DNA of 64,000 nucleotides, taken from positions 64,001 to 128,000 of IMG/VR virus record IMGVR_UViG_3300030616_000017. The stretch is one strand, 5' to 3'. The notes beneath the pieces were generated by a model. The model saw only the letters and a list, made by a program, of their open reading frames with translations. It did no database searches and was not told the origin of the DNA. Source of the DNA: a virus. The position numbers were made by a program, and so were the translations under genes. Shown here piece after piece: positions 36,901 to 47,527 of this stretch. Position 1 is the stretch's first letter; every line of letters begins with the position of its first letter.

Positions 36901-36925
36901 AAGCCCTCAATTGAGGGCTTTTTTT
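36901..36925 (+). terminator. intrinsic terminator
   Basis: AAGCCCTC-AATT-GAGGGCTT plus T run. Confidence 0.85.
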
Positions 36926-36992
36926 ATTTACTTTTTCTGTTATTTTGTTTATATTATAAAAGATAATACTTTGTAGCAAAGGAATATATAAT

Positions 36993-39026
36993 ATGCAATT
37001 CAAATCTTTATATCTTAAAAATTATGGTATTTTTAAAGAAACCACGTTTAATTTCAAAGAGGGCTTCAATGTGCTGTCCGGGGAAAATGGACAAGGAAAG
37101 TCGCACGTGCTGAGAGCCATCAACTATTTACTTCTTAATAAAACTTTTGGAAAAATAGAGGAAGACTGCAACTGGGGAGCAGACTCTTTTGATATTAAGT
37201 TAGAGTTTGAACACAATGGTCAGACATTTATCGCTCACAATACTTTTGATAGAAAAAAAGGTGTTTCAAAAGAACTTTGGATTGATAAAGAATATTACTC
37301 AGGCAATAAAGATGTTACAGAAGTCCTTTCTCTTTATTTCGAGCCCTCTCTTACTTCAGCCGCTATGATAGCGCTGCAAGGAGATATGGATGTAGTAACA
37401 TCGGGTTCAGCTAAAAGACGAGACAACTTGAAAAAAATCTATGATTTAGATTTTACCAAACAAATTAATTATGTTAAAGAAGAGAAAGAGGTGAAGGACA
37501 AAGAGATCCAAGAAATTGATAAAAAGATTTATCACTTGGAGCAAAAAGAGTACAAAAAAGAGAGGCCTCAAAAGCTTCCTTTTTCCGAAGATGATAAGAG
37601 AGGCAAGAAAGAAGAAATAGAGAGAATTCAACAAACCGTTCGTCAACAAGAAACCATCCTAAATGCTAAACAAGAAAAAGAAAACTTAATTGATACTCTA
37701 GGCGAAAAAATTACAAACAAGCAAGCTAAGCTTTCTCAAATGGAAAGGGAAAGAGGGGAGCTGCAGAGTAAAGCCTCAGAGGATTCAGAGACTCTTATAA
37801 ATCTTCGCGAAGCTCGAGAAGGAGAACTGCAAAGTACTAAAGAAGATCTTGATAAAATTGTTATAGAGCGTGTTAAAGCCTTTGACGACCAGATTTTGGA
37901 AAAAGCTTATAAAGAGTATTTAGATACACAAAACGAACTCAAACAAGCAAGAGAGCACCTCAGCTTAGTGAAGCAAGGCCAATGCCCCGTTTGTAAGAGA
38001 GCTTTCGATAGCGGAGAAGAGAGTACATATACTCAGAAAATAGAAGAGTTGGAGAAGGAAGAGCAAAAGCGTTTCAAGCATTACACAGAACTTAGCGAGG
38101 AAAAGAAAAAGCTAGATAAGCTGAGGGAAGAACAAAAACAAAAACTAAACGAAAAAACAAGATTAGAGACCCAACTTTCTCATTTAGGAGAAGTATACCA
38201 AAGCAAAATAGAGAATGCTCTCAATGTACAGAAACAACATATTGAACAAAAAGTTTCTTTACACAAGGCTATAAAAGAGTCTCTTAAAGAATTGGTGGAT
38301 TTAGAAAAACAGAAAAAAGAAGCGAAAGATTCTCTTGAGGCGCTAGAAAAAGAAATAAAAGATTTCGATATTGATTTTCTCACTTCTATGAAGAAAGAGC
38401 TTGAAGAAGAAATAGCAGAATACGATAGAGTGGTCTCCACCAACGAAATAATTGTAAAGAATAACCAAAAGGTAGAGGAAGAAAAACAAGAAGATGCGAA
38501 AGAGATGGGGCAACTAAAGAAACAAAGGGAAAGTGCTGTAAGGCAAAGTTCTATTTGTACAACAGAAATAGACATTCTTAAAAAGACCTTTCCTAATTTT
38601 GTCATCTCCACTCTTGTACATTCGATTGAAAGTGGAATGAATGAGTTGTTAGATAAGGCGTATGCAGGAAGATACCACTGCAGTATTAAAGAATCGAGAA
38701 GTGGCCTAGACGTTGTGTATGCTGACAAAGAGGTAGATATTAAGCTCTCCTCTGGCGCTGAGCAGAATCTTTTTAATCTTGGATTTAAAAACGCTTTTAC
38801 TAAAATAGCAGGGTTAAAACTTCTTGTGCTGGATGAAGCTCTTAACTTTGCTAATGACACTATTGCTAAAAACGTATTTCATGCTATCAAAGATATGATA
38901 GATGAAGGAACAATCGAGCAAGTGCTTCTTATTACTCATAAAGATGAGGTTAAAGATATGCTTGCAAGTGATTATAGTTCTCGTACCTTTACAATCAAGG
39001 AGGGCGAAATTGAACGAACAGAATAA
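36993..39026 (+). CDS. SbcC/Rad50-like ATPase (gp46-like)
   Basis: GENGQGKS, coiled coil with CPVC hook, SSGAE signature, LVLDE, ITH. Confidence 0.92.
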   Translation: MQFKSLYLKNYGIFKETTFNFKEGFNVLSGENGQGKSHVLRAINYLLLNKTFGKIEEDCNWGADSFDIKLEFEHNGQTFIAHNTFDRKKGVSKELWIDKEYYSGNKDVTEVLSLYFEPSLTSAAMIALQGDMDVVTSGSAKRRDNLKKIYDLDFTKQINYVKEEKEVKDKEIQEIDKKIYHLEQKEYKKERPQKLPFSEDDKRGKKEEIERIQQTVRQQETILNAKQEKENLIDTLGEKITNKQAKLSQMERERGELQSKASEDSETLINLREAREGELQSTKEDLDKIVIERVKAFDDQILEKAYKEYLDTQNELKQAREHLSLVKQGQCPVCKRAFDSGEESTYTQKIEELEKEEQKRFKHYTELSEEKKKLDKLREEQKQKLNEKTRLETQLSHLGEVYQSKIENALNVQKQHIEQKVSLHKAIKESLKELVDLEKQKKEAKDSLEALEKEIKDFDIDFLTSMKKELEEEIAEYDRVVSTNEIIVKNNQKVEEEKQEDAKEMGQLKKQRESAVRQSSICTTEIDILKKTFPNFVISTLVHSIESGMNELLDKAYAGRYHCSIKESRSGLDVVYADKEVDIKLSSGAEQNLFNLGFKNAFTKIAGLKLLVLDEALNFANDTIAKNVFHAIKDMIDEGTIEQVLLITHKDEVKDMLASDYSSRTFTIKEGEIERTE

Positions 39027-39188
39027 TCCTTTTGTAGAAGAAAATAATATCATTCCTATGCCTTATGTATATAAGGATAAAGTAGCTATGCTAGCTGCTA
39101 CTATAAATCATAATCTAACTGTGCCTGAAATTCATAGGCTATACAAAATGTTAGAGAAAACTTTAGTGGAGGAGTATGGACAAATACC

Positions 39189-39449
39189 ATGAGTGAAAAG
39201 AAGCCCGAACTAGTTCCTGTCAATACACGCTATCTATGCGACATTATCGAAGATCTAAGAAAGACGTATGAAACACGCAATTTCTCCTATCTTCCTGGTA
39301 TTATTGAAGAGCTTCAATACCGAGCAAATAGAATGGAAAATTATATTGAAATAGGACGAGAATTGACGCGTATGGAAGATAGAAGAAGAACACTAAAAGA
39401 AGAAGTAAAAAAGTTGGAAAAAGAATTGGGAAAGAAAAATAGGTGGTAG
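39189..39449 (+). CDS. hypothetical coiled-coil protein
   Basis: ORF within the operon. Confidence 0.55.
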   Translation: MSEKKPELVPVNTRYLCDIIEDLRKTYETRNFSYLPGIIEELQYRANRMENYIEIGRELTRMEDRRRTLKEEVKKLEKELGKKNRW

Positions 39450-39453
39450 AAGA

Positions 39454-39972
39454 ATGAAAAGATTCTGGAGTTATTTCAAGTATGTAGCAAGACACAAATG
39501 GTTTGTAATGCAGGAGTGTTTTAAGCAGGGTCTTTTTTGGAGGGGGCTTGTTCATGATATGAGTAAGTTTCTTCCTTCTGAGTGGAAGCCTTACTCACAT
39601 TTTTTCTATAATCGAGACGGCAGTAAGAGGCAAGTTAGAGGTACAACAGGTTATTATAAGCCCACTGATACAGGAGATGAAGCTTTTGATTTTGCATGGC
39701 TATTACATCAGAAAAGAAATAAGCATCATTGGCAATGGTGGATTCTTCCTGAAGATGAAGGTAAGGTAAAAATACTTCCTATGCCTGTACAGTATTGGTT
39801 GGAAATGATTTGTGATTGGGTAGGAGCGGGAAAAGCTCAAGGGTTTGTATCTCCGAAGGATGACCCCTATTTAGAGACTAGAAAATGGTATGGGGTAAAT
39901 AAAAACAAAATGCAACTACACCCTAGTACTCGCACCGCTGTGGAGAAGTATATAAGGTATACAGGAGATTAA
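39454..39972 (+). CDS. HD-like protein (DUF5662-like)
   Basis: HK..V, HDMSK, H..RNKHHW, EMICDW. Confidence 0.75.
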   Translation: MKRFWSYFKYVARHKWFVMQECFKQGLFWRGLVHDMSKFLPSEWKPYSHFFYNRDGSKRQVRGTTGYYKPTDTGDEAFDFAWLLHQKRNKHHWQWWILPEDEGKVKILPMPVQYWLEMICDWVGAGKAQGFVSPKDDPYLETRKWYGVNKNKMQLHPSTRTAVEKYIRYTGD

Positions 39973-39974
39973 AA

Positions 39975-40562
39975 ATGATTATTGCAATTACTGGTTATAA
40001 ACAAAGCGGAAAAGATACAATAGCTTCTCACATTGTTAAGAAGTATGGCTACACTCGTTCTGCTTTTGCAGACCCTATCCGAGAAGCTTGCAAGATATTT
40101 TTTGGATGGGACGACTCTCACTTTTTTGGTGAGTTAAAAGAGGTGGTCGATGTAAGATGGGGGTTTAGCCCCAGACAGTTCATGCAATGGCTCGGCACGG
40201 AAGCTGTACAATTTCATCTTGGTGATGCTTTCCCTTCTTTTAAAGATCTTGTGGGAAGGAAGTTTTGGGTAAACCGCCTTATTCAACATTGCAAGCAAAA
40301 TCAGTTAGAAAACGTAGTAGTGCCTGACTGGAGATTCTATCACGAACAAACAGCTCTTATTGAAGCTTTTTCCTTTAACCAGCTTATCTTTCTCAGGGTT
40401 GAACGCCCTTCTGTTACTCCTAATGATCCCCACCCTTCTGAACAGGATATTCCTTATATGCTTGTTCACTCTACCATTGTAAACGCTGGATCTATAAAGG
40501 AGTTGTATGAAAAAGTAGATATGGTTTTAGATGCTGGGTGGAAGTTTCTAAAAGATTATTAA
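39975..40562 (+). CDS. deoxynucleoside monophosphate kinase (T4 gp1-like)
   Basis: GYKQSGKDT, FADP, PRQFMQWLGTE, DWRF, HPSE. Confidence 0.9.
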   Translation: MIIAITGYKQSGKDTIASHIVKKYGYTRSAFADPIREACKIFFGWDDSHFFGELKEVVDVRWGFSPRQFMQWLGTEAVQFHLGDAFPSFKDLVGRKFWVNRLIQHCKQNQLENVVVPDWRFYHEQTALIEAFSFNQLIFLRVERPSVTPNDPHPSEQDIPYMLVHSTIVNAGSIKELYEKVDMVLDAGWKFLKDY

Positions 40563-40646
40563 TTTGAAACTTTTTCAAAAAAACATTGAAATTCTCTGGT
40601 TTTTATGTTATATTATAAGTGTAACTAAAACAGAAGGAGGCCTAAA

Positions 40647-41165
40647 ATGACAGATGATAAGATGAAAATGGAAGGAGATGGCTTAACAGGCTTTGTCGGT
40701 AAGAATAAGAATATCGTACAGGTGAATCTGTACGGCGGGGTAGATACTTATAACTGCGGTCGAATGAGAGATCTTGTCGCGGACGTTATGGTGAAGTTTG
40801 AAGACGACGAATATGAACATCTAGTTTTAAATCTGGAGGGTGTTCACTACATATCTTCTATGGGCTTCGGAGTTCTGACTGAGATTTGGAAGATGGCCAG
40901 CAACCAAGGAAAGAAACTTTCAATCTATCGGGTACAGCCAAAAGTAGCAGAAGTTGTATCTCTGCTTGGCTTGACCCGATACTTTAACTTCATTGAAAGC
41001 TTTAGAGAGTTGGAAGAACCCAAACCTCATGTTTTCCCTAAAGTAGTGAGTTGCCCAAAGTGCGGCAAAAAGTATCGTGTCAAAAAGGATGGGAAATATC
41101 GTTGCAGCAACTGTAAGTGTCTTTTTCAGGTATTCCCGCAGGGTAATGCTCAATTAGCCCGATAA
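40647..41165 (+). CDS. STAS anti-sigma-factor antagonist with C-terminal Zn ribbon
   Basis: G.VD.YN, V.YISSMGFG, QPKV.EV..LLG; CPKC..CSNC. Confidence 0.88.
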   Translation: MTDDKMKMEGDGLTGFVGKNKNIVQVNLYGGVDTYNCGRMRDLVADVMVKFEDDEYEHLVLNLEGVHYISSMGFGVLTEIWKMASNQGKKLSIYRVQPKVAEVVSLLGLTRYFNFIESFRELEEPKPHVFPKVVSCPKCGKKYRVKKDGKYRCSNCKCLFQVFPQGNAQLAR

Positions 41166-41226
41166 AAAGTACTAATATTTATATGGGGAGCTTTATTGCT
41201 CCCCCACATTATATGGAGGTCTATAA

Positions 41227-41922
41227 ATGGCTACGATTATTAAGAAACAAAAGACAAGAAAAAGGGTTAAGAAAAACCCTGCTCCTGTACTTGGGATTGC
41301 TTTTCTTATATCTCTTCTCCTCCTTAGTGCTACTATTTTTATGCTCGCGGTAAGTACTGTAGAACTGATTCAGGTACAAAGGCAGAATCAAACATTTATT
41401 GTAGAGCGAGGGGCAACAACTCAAGCTCTTAATCAGATGGGAGTACGGGTACAGGAACTTGAAAGCGATCTGTATCTTTTTCCTATTCATCCTGAAGATG
41501 TAACCGGAAAGTTTACTTCTGCTTTTGGTGTACGGAATAACCCTCTGATTGAAGGTATCGGTGGTGAAGATTTTAATGAACACAATGGAATTGATGTTGT
41601 GGGAAGACCGAAAGCCCGAATAATTGCAATAGCTGATGGTGTTGTTGAAGATCATTGGTATCCTGCTGGATATCATTATGGCCGTTGGTTTAGGGGGCAT
41701 CCTGTATTTGATGGTTATATAGTAATTAGGCATGACGATGGCCGAAAAAGCGAATATGGGCACCTTTCGGAAACTATGGTTCACATGGGTCAGCGAGTAG
41801 AGGCTGGAGATATTATCGGTAGACAAGGTAATGGGGGAATTTCTACTGGTGAACATTTACATTTTGGTTTGCAGAATATGATAGGAGAATATGTACAGCC
41901 GTTGAACTATATTAAGTATTAA
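41227..41922 (+). CDS. M23 peptidase, membrane anchored
   Basis: HNGID, YGHL, STGEHLHF; N-terminal TM segment. Confidence 0.9.
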   Translation: MATIIKKQKTRKRVKKNPAPVLGIAFLISLLLLSATIFMLAVSTVELIQVQRQNQTFIVERGATTQALNQMGVRVQELESDLYLFPIHPEDVTGKFTSAFGVRNNPLIEGIGGEDFNEHNGIDVVGRPKARIIAIADGVVEDHWYPAGYHYGRWFRGHPVFDGYIVIRHDDGRKSEYGHLSETMVHMGQRVEAGDIIGRQGNGGISTGEHLHFGLQNMIGEYVQPLNYIKY

Positions 41923-41938
41923 ATGAAGGAGTAATAAA

Positions 41939-42568
41939 GTGAAGGTAAAGGAATTTCTCCGCAAATACGAACTCACTGAAAAACGCCGTTTTAATCGAGA
42001 TGAGTTTTGCGAAGACATGCTTGAAGAGCTTTGGTATATGTTTAAGAATACCAGTAAAGCTATGCACCCAGTTCCTCGCTGGGAAAAAATCATATCTGAT
42101 CTTAAAATGAAATGGGACTCAGTCTTCAACAAATCAATTCTTTCTTACGAAGCAGGTGAGAATCTCTGGAAATATTTCTTTGCTACTAAAATTATTCCTA
42201 CTCGTGAGGCTGTATTTGGGGATTGGAAACAAGCAAAACATGAATTTCGTTATCAGTATGATGCTGATTTTAGACGCCGTTATGATAATTGGAAGTTTCA
42301 TCAAGAGTTTGAAGAAAAGGAAAGAACTTGGTATCAAAACATTTTCAATGATCATATCAATTTCCTAAAGAAACTTTTATTTGGAGTTGATAAGTATGTT
42401 GAAGTACTTGAGATTCCTTCAGGGGTTGAGCTAACTCCAGACGTGGTGAACATGCAGTACCGCAAATTATCTAAATCTTGTCATCCAGATGTAGGAGGTA
42501 GCCAAGAAGCTTTTATTAAAATAAATCGAGCTAAAGATAAGTTGATGGCTTATCTAAAGGAGAATTAA
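41939..42568 (+). CDS. protein with C-terminal DnaJ domain
   Basis: YRKLSKSCHPDVGGS..F..IN.A. Confidence 0.82.
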   Translation: MKVKEFLRKYELTEKRRFNRDEFCEDMLEELWYMFKNTSKAMHPVPRWEKIISDLKMKWDSVFNKSILSYEAGENLWKYFFATKIIPTREAVFGDWKQAKHEFRYQYDADFRRRYDNWKFHQEFEEKERTWYQNIFNDHINFLKKLLFGVDKYVEVLEIPSGVELTPDVVNMQYRKLSKSCHPDVGGSQEAFIKINRAKDKLMAYLKEN

Positions 42569-42569
42569 A

Positions 42570-42893
42570 ATGAAAAAGAGAGAAATGATGAAGAAAATGA
42601 ATACAGTCTTGAGGGAGAAAAGCCGAGAAACAATCCATGTTGCTGTTTCCCTTGCCTCACCCACTCATTGTGATGTCAACCTTTCCCTAGATATCGAAAA
42701 AATTATCAGCATTAAAGCAGAGGTGGAGATGGTTCTGATCGAAAGCAGAAGAATTGCAGAGTACAACAAATTCTTTTCTATTTATAATGAACTTGAACTG
42801 CTCCACCATAATCTCCAGAATCTTTTGACTTCTGCAAGAAAACGATACAAGGAGTATATCGTTAATCAGGTTTATCTTGGAGAAGAGGAATAA
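42570..42893 (+). CDS. hypothetical protein
   Basis: RBS AAGGAG. Confidence 0.55.
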   Translation: MKKREMMKKMNTVLREKSRETIHVAVSLASPTHCDVNLSLDIEKIISIKAEVEMVLIESRRIAEYNKFFSIYNELELLHHNLQNLLTSARKRYKEYIVNQVYLGEEE

Positions 42894-42897
42894 CACA

Positions 42898-44037
42898 ATG
42901 AAAGAGTTGTCATTACAAAGATTTTTAAAATCCTATAATACTGTTTTTCATAATGAGAAGTGGATAGATACCCTCACTAAAGATCCTTACAATATTAAAG
43001 TAATGGGTAAAGGTGAACGAGTACTATTTAAGTACAATCAGATAGCCAGCGATTTTAATAAAACCCTTGTGCAGGAGTGTAGAGGGATTATTCTTTGGAA
43101 GGATAATTGGGATAAAATTGTATGCCACCCTCTTCATAAGTTCTTCAACTATGGAGAACAGAATGCAGCAGAGCTGGATTGGGAAAGTACTGTAGTTCTT
43201 GAAAAAATGGATGGCTCCCTAATTAAGGTCTACTGGTGGGATGGAGAATGGAGAGTAGCTACTAATGGGACTATTGAAGCTTGTGACGCGGAGTTGCAGT
43301 TCCCTGCAGAAAGTAAAGGATTATATACATTTGATGACCTCTTTCATTATACATTGAGTGAATACACCGCTGACTCTGAAGGGGATTTCTTCTCTCAGCT
43401 TGATAAAGAATATACATATTTGTTTGAACTTTGCACACCATATAACCGTGTGGTTGTTCCTCATACGGAGTGCAAGCTGTATTATATTACAGCTAAAAAG
43501 AATGATGCGGAAGGAGAGGAAATAAGAGAGAATCATACTATTGTTGATACTATTCGTGAATATAAAATGAATAGTTATGATGATGCGATTAAGATGGCTC
43601 AACTTCTTCCGTATGATAATGAGGGATATGTCTTGGTAGATAAATACAATAATAGAGTGAAAGTGAAAAGCCCAGCATATCTTGCTGTACATCGATTAAA
43701 AGGTGAAGACGTCCCCTCTAAAAGAAAAATATTTGATCTTATTCTTATGGGAGAGGAAGGAGAATTCCTTTCCTACTTTCCTGAATATACCGAAGAATTT
43801 GAAAGAATAAAAAAAGGCTGGGAGATTATTCAAGAAAAGGTGCGTATGGATATTAAGTTTCTTGCTATGGGAACAGAGTTTAATACACGAAAAGAGTTTG
43901 CAATGGTAGCTAAAGAAGCTGTTTTTCCCGGATTAATGTTTCAGCTTTATGATGGTAAAGAAATCACTATCACTGAATATGTTCAGAATATGAGTCAAAA
44001 AAGTAAGGATACTCTTCTTAAAGATATGGAGGATTAA
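42898..44037 (+). CDS. T4 Rnl1-like RNA ligase
   Basis: ECRG, KFFNYGE, EKMDGS, FEL, EGYV, RVKVK..Y...H. Confidence 0.92.
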   Translation: MKELSLQRFLKSYNTVFHNEKWIDTLTKDPYNIKVMGKGERVLFKYNQIASDFNKTLVQECRGIILWKDNWDKIVCHPLHKFFNYGEQNAAELDWESTVVLEKMDGSLIKVYWWDGEWRVATNGTIEACDAELQFPAESKGLYTFDDLFHYTLSEYTADSEGDFFSQLDKEYTYLFELCTPYNRVVVPHTECKLYYITAKKNDAEGEEIRENHTIVDTIREYKMNSYDDAIKMAQLLPYDNEGYVLVDKYNNRVKVKSPAYLAVHRLKGEDVPSKRKIFDLILMGEEGEFLSYFPEYTEEFERIKKGWEIIQEKVRMDIKFLAMGTEFNTRKEFAMVAKEAVFPGLMFQLYDGKEITITEYVQNMSQKSKDTLLKDMED

Positions 44038-44039
44038 AA

Positions 44040-44345
44040 ATGAACAGTGATTTTAATAAATCAGCGATGGCGTGGCAGGCAATATTATCTGAACTAGGGG
44101 CATTTCATAGACCTAAACCTAAAACAATAAAACTGGTAGATGAACCTAAATACACTATTAATCTGTTTGATACTTTTGAATCTCTAAAAGATAAGGTACT
44201 TAGTATTCTTGAAGAATCTGTAGATGGAAAAAGTTATCTTTGTGTAGTGAAGAATAGTGTTCAAGATCATCATGGTCTATATCTTATTGATGTTGATAAG
44301 AGAGATATCAAAAGAGAGGAGAGAAATGTTAACGATTCAGATTAG
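44040..44345 (+). CDS. hypothetical protein
   Basis: RBS GGAGG. Confidence 0.55.
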   Translation: MNSDFNKSAMAWQAILSELGAFHRPKPKTIKLVDEPKYTINLFDTFESLKDKVLSILEESVDGKSYLCVVKNSVQDHHGLYLIDVDKRDIKREERNVNDSD

Positions 44346-44542
44346 CTTAAAAAATAATAAAGCCCTATCCATAAATATTGGAAATAAGGGACCGCAGTGT
44401 TCTCAGGTATATTGGATTACAGTTGTACGAGAAGAATACAATGAGAACAGAGAAGTGGTTTACGCTACTATGATTTGGAAGTTCTGGGAATTCAAAAAAT
44501 ATAAAATTCAAAGAAAAAAACTTGAAAAGATAAAGAGGTGAC

Positions 44543-44821
44543 GTGTTGCTAAGATGTCAGCTGTGTGGTCGCGAAGGGGATGGGAAATACTTTGAAAAAC
44601 ATCACCTTGAACTTCAAAATAAGAAATCCGAAACAATAACTGTTTGTCATCAGTGTGGTGATCAGCTGCATCTCATGTTCTCCAACTACGAACTAAAAAC
44701 TAAACTTTTTTCACTTTCCGCTTTACTTAACGAAGAAAAAGTGTTATATTATATACGATGGGTAAGAAACAAACCATTAAACCGCCATTTTTCGGCGGCA
44801 AAAAAGAAACGGAGGACTTAA
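44543..44821 (+). CDS. small HNH-like protein
   Basis: CQLC..EKHHL..VCHQC..QLH. Confidence 0.7.
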   Translation: MLLRCQLCGREGDGKYFEKHHLELQNKKSETITVCHQCGDQLHLMFSNYELKTKLFSLSALLNEEKVLYYIRWVRNKPLNRHFSAAKKKRRT

Positions 44822-44822
44822 A

Positions 44823-45671
44823 ATGAAGAAAATGATAATGTTTGTACTTTTAATGCTAATACCTTTGTCCCTCTTTTCTCTATCGATAGATGGGGAAATG
44901 GGGTGGACATCTTCTCCTTTTGGAGACATCTCCACATCTACCGGCAACGAAGACACGCCTTACAATGTTTATACTAGCGTAGATGTTTCTATCCCCTTCT
45001 TTCAAGTGTTTTGGATGCAAGGAAGTATAGCGTGTCAAATGTATCAAGAAGAGAAAGTTGGAACAGGAAGTTGGACTCTTACTCCAACCTTCCTTAATTA
45101 CTCTTTTTCTACAGGTCTACAGCTTGAGGTTTTTAAGATCGGTTGGGAGCATTCATGCACGCATCCTCAATTTGTATATTCTCACGTTATTAACCCAGAA
45201 GAAGTGTACAAGGAAGGGAGTCTCGATAGAGTATTTATTTCTTTCTTTACTGAAGACTACAATCAGCGAGAAAAGCCAAGTATTGATGATGGGTATGAAC
45301 TCGAGTTTTTATTTGAAGCTGGTAAAGTAAGAGGAGGATATGTTGATTATGATCTTGTAGCCTCCACACAAACTGCTCATATCTTGAATAATGCATACGC
45401 GCATCTAGGAATAAAGCTGTGGTTAGTAAATGTGCTGTATTTTGAAGAACTGTTTACTGTACAGTTTGAACAGCCTCTGAGCGCACACTCTTCTATTTAT
45501 TTCAGTGATTTTAGGTGGGAAGGAGGCCTACAGCTTCAAAGCTTTAATATCTTTATAGCAAGAATTTTAACCCTTCCTCGTTCTGAAGAAGACTACTCTT
45601 ACAGAATAAAGAATTTGTGGGGCGGCAGCGCTTCTGGGGTAACACAAATAGGAATTAAGTATACGTACTAA
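44823..45671 (+). CDS. secreted, putative outer-membrane beta-barrel protein
   Basis: Signal peptide, alternating beta strands, C-terminal QIGIKYTY. Confidence 0.5.
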   Translation: MKKMIMFVLLMLIPLSLFSLSIDGEMGWTSSPFGDISTSTGNEDTPYNVYTSVDVSIPFFQVFWMQGSIACQMYQEEKVGTGSWTLTPTFLNYSFSTGLQLEVFKIGWEHSCTHPQFVYSHVINPEEVYKEGSLDRVFISFFTEDYNQREKPSIDDGYELEFLFEAGKVRGGYVDYDLVASTQTAHILNNAYAHLGIKLWLVNVLYFEELFTVQFEQPLSAHSSIYFSDFRWEGGLQLQSFNIFIARILTLPRSEEDYSYRIKNLWGGSASGVTQIGIKYTY

Positions 45672-45677
45672 GGAGAC

Positions 45678-45983
45678 ATGGGAATGGAAAGACCTACAAT
45701 TAATTGGGGCTATAGATTTTTTGAATACAAAAATGGAGAGGTTGCTCTTCATCCTGTAGTGTTTAATTTGCATGGAGAGGCAATTGGTTTTTCAACTAAG
45801 CCGGTTGGCTCTCCCAAAGAATCTAAAGAAGAGGTAATTAAAGACCTGAAACTACAGCTACGAGACGCAGTAGTCAATAGGGAAACAACTTTTAATTATA
45901 AAGAGGCTATTGAGAAAGCACGAAAAAATGCAGAAAATATGCCCGAAGAAAAACTAGATGTACTAGAGGAGGAAAAGAAATGA
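45678..45983 (+). CDS. hypothetical protein
   Basis: RBS AAGGAG. Confidence 0.55.
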   Translation: MGMERPTINWGYRFFEYKNGEVALHPVVFNLHGEAIGFSTKPVGSPKESKEEVIKDLKLQLRDAVVNRETTFNYKEAIEKARKNAENMPEEKLDVLEEEKK

Positions 45984-46405
45984 AGAAGGTTATGCTGCTG
46001 ATTGTTGTATTGATGTGTCTGTTGGGAATGCCTCTTATGGCTCAGCAGAGAACAGTTATTGATCTCACTGCAGGAGAAATGTGGGGCGTCTATTCCGAGG
46101 ATGAAAAGCTGGCTTTTGTTATCGGGTACATGATGGCTATGGCTATGACAATGGAATTCGCTGATGGAATGGTTGAAGAAGAACTAATAGAGGGAGTAGG
46201 CCTGATGGTTCTTTACCGCTGGCTTCTGTATGATATTCAGGTAGGATATCTTGTTGAGCAAATTGATTATGTAGCCAATAAGCATAGGGCTTGGGATTAT
46301 CCCCTCAGTGATGTAATTCTAATGGCAGCAGGAGTAAACCCTGAATACCTGATGCAAGACTATGAAGAGGAAATAGTTCCACAGCCAAATAACTCATCTA
46401 TGTGA
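45980..46405 (+). CDS. secreted hypothetical protein
   Basis: Signal peptide MKKVMLL..LMA. Confidence 0.6.
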   Translation: MKKVMLLIVVLMCLLGMPLMAQQRTVIDLTAGEMWGVYSEDEKLAFVIGYMMAMAMTMEFADGMVEEELIEGVGLMVLYRWLLYDIQVGYLVEQIDYVANKHRAWDYPLSDVILMAAGVNPEYLMQDYEEEIVPQPNNSSM

Positions 46406-46415
46406 GGGTTTTAAA

Positions 46416-47306
46416 ATGAAGAATCAAAGAATAATTTTTCTAAAAGGACTTCCCGCTTCTGGGAAGTCCACTAGAGCCAGATATATGGTAACAGAAGGTA
46501 AAGGCGATTATGTCCGTGTAAACAAGGATGATCTTCGTCTCATGCTTTTTGATAAGCATTGGAGCTCTAGTAGAGAGAAACTCGTAGTGAAAGTTCGTGA
46601 TCAGATTGTAAGGGAAATTCTTGAAAGCGGAAGAACCCCCATTGTTGATGATACCAACTATGCACCTAAGCATTATAATACTATCAAAGCAATTGCGAAC
46701 GCATATGGGGTTGAAGTTGTAGTAGTGGAAATGGAGACCTCTATTGCGGAATGCATAGAAAGAAATCGTAATCGTCCTATCTCTGAAAGAGTTCCTGAGC
46801 ATGTTATTTGGGATATGTATGAAAAATATATTCTTCCTAGAAAGCAGCAAGAGCTTATTTTTGCTAAACTTCTTCCTAAAGCTATTATGGTGGATGTAGA
46901 TGGTACTCTTGCTCTTCATGAAGAGAGATCTCCTTTTAACTATCATGAGTGTCTCGATGATACTTTGAATGAACCAATTGCAGAGCTTGTACGAGAATAT
47001 GCCCTTACTCATAGGGTATTAATTGTAACAGGCAGAGAGAATATGAAGTATGGGGATAAAGAGTTTAGCTCTGTTTTAGAATTCACAAAGGAATGGCTTG
47101 ATAGAAATGGTGTGCCTTATGATGCAGTTTTCATTCGAGAAGAAGGTGATCATCGAAAAGATTATCTAGTGAAGAAAGAACTTTGGGACAGATATATCAA
47201 AGGACAGTATAACGTGAAGTTTGTTCTAGATGATCGTAAACAGGTAATAGATATGTGGCGCGAAGAGGGGCTTACTGTTCTTGATGTAGCGGGGCATACC
47301 TTTTAG
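46416..47306 (+). CDS. pseT: polynucleotide 5'-kinase/3'-phosphatase (T4 Pnkp-like)
   Basis: GLPASGKST, NKDDLR, DVDGT, TGR, DDR. Confidence 0.93.
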   Translation: MKNQRIIFLKGLPASGKSTRARYMVTEGKGDYVRVNKDDLRLMLFDKHWSSSREKLVVKVRDQIVREILESGRTPIVDDTNYAPKHYNTIKAIANAYGVEVVVVEMETSIAECIERNRNRPISERVPEHVIWDMYEKYILPRKQQELIFAKLLPKAIMVDVDGTLALHEERSPFNYHECLDDTLNEPIAELVREYALTHRVLIVTGRENMKYGDKEFSSVLEFTKEWLDRNGVPYDAVFIREEGDHRKDYLVKKELWDRYIKGQYNVKFVLDDRKQVIDMWREEGLTVLDVAGHTF

Positions 47307-47527
47307 GAGGTAAATATGTTTATAACTCAAGATGGAAAAGATTGGATTAATTTGGGACAATTGTATGCTATTACAAAGGTGCCAGCTCAAGAGGTAGGGA
47401 CGTCAAAACATCAAATCTATTTTAGATTACCAGGTGTTCCTAAAATCTGGTATTATTCTACTGAAGAAGAGATGAACAAAGCTTTTGATCAAATTATGGA
47501 GACTATTCCAAAGAAGTGGATAATAGA

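Noticed and set aside
38180-38860. 226-aa antisense ORF and similar antisense ORFs across the window
   Set aside because: Mirror frames of well-supported genes with Ser/Phe/Leu-rich composition.
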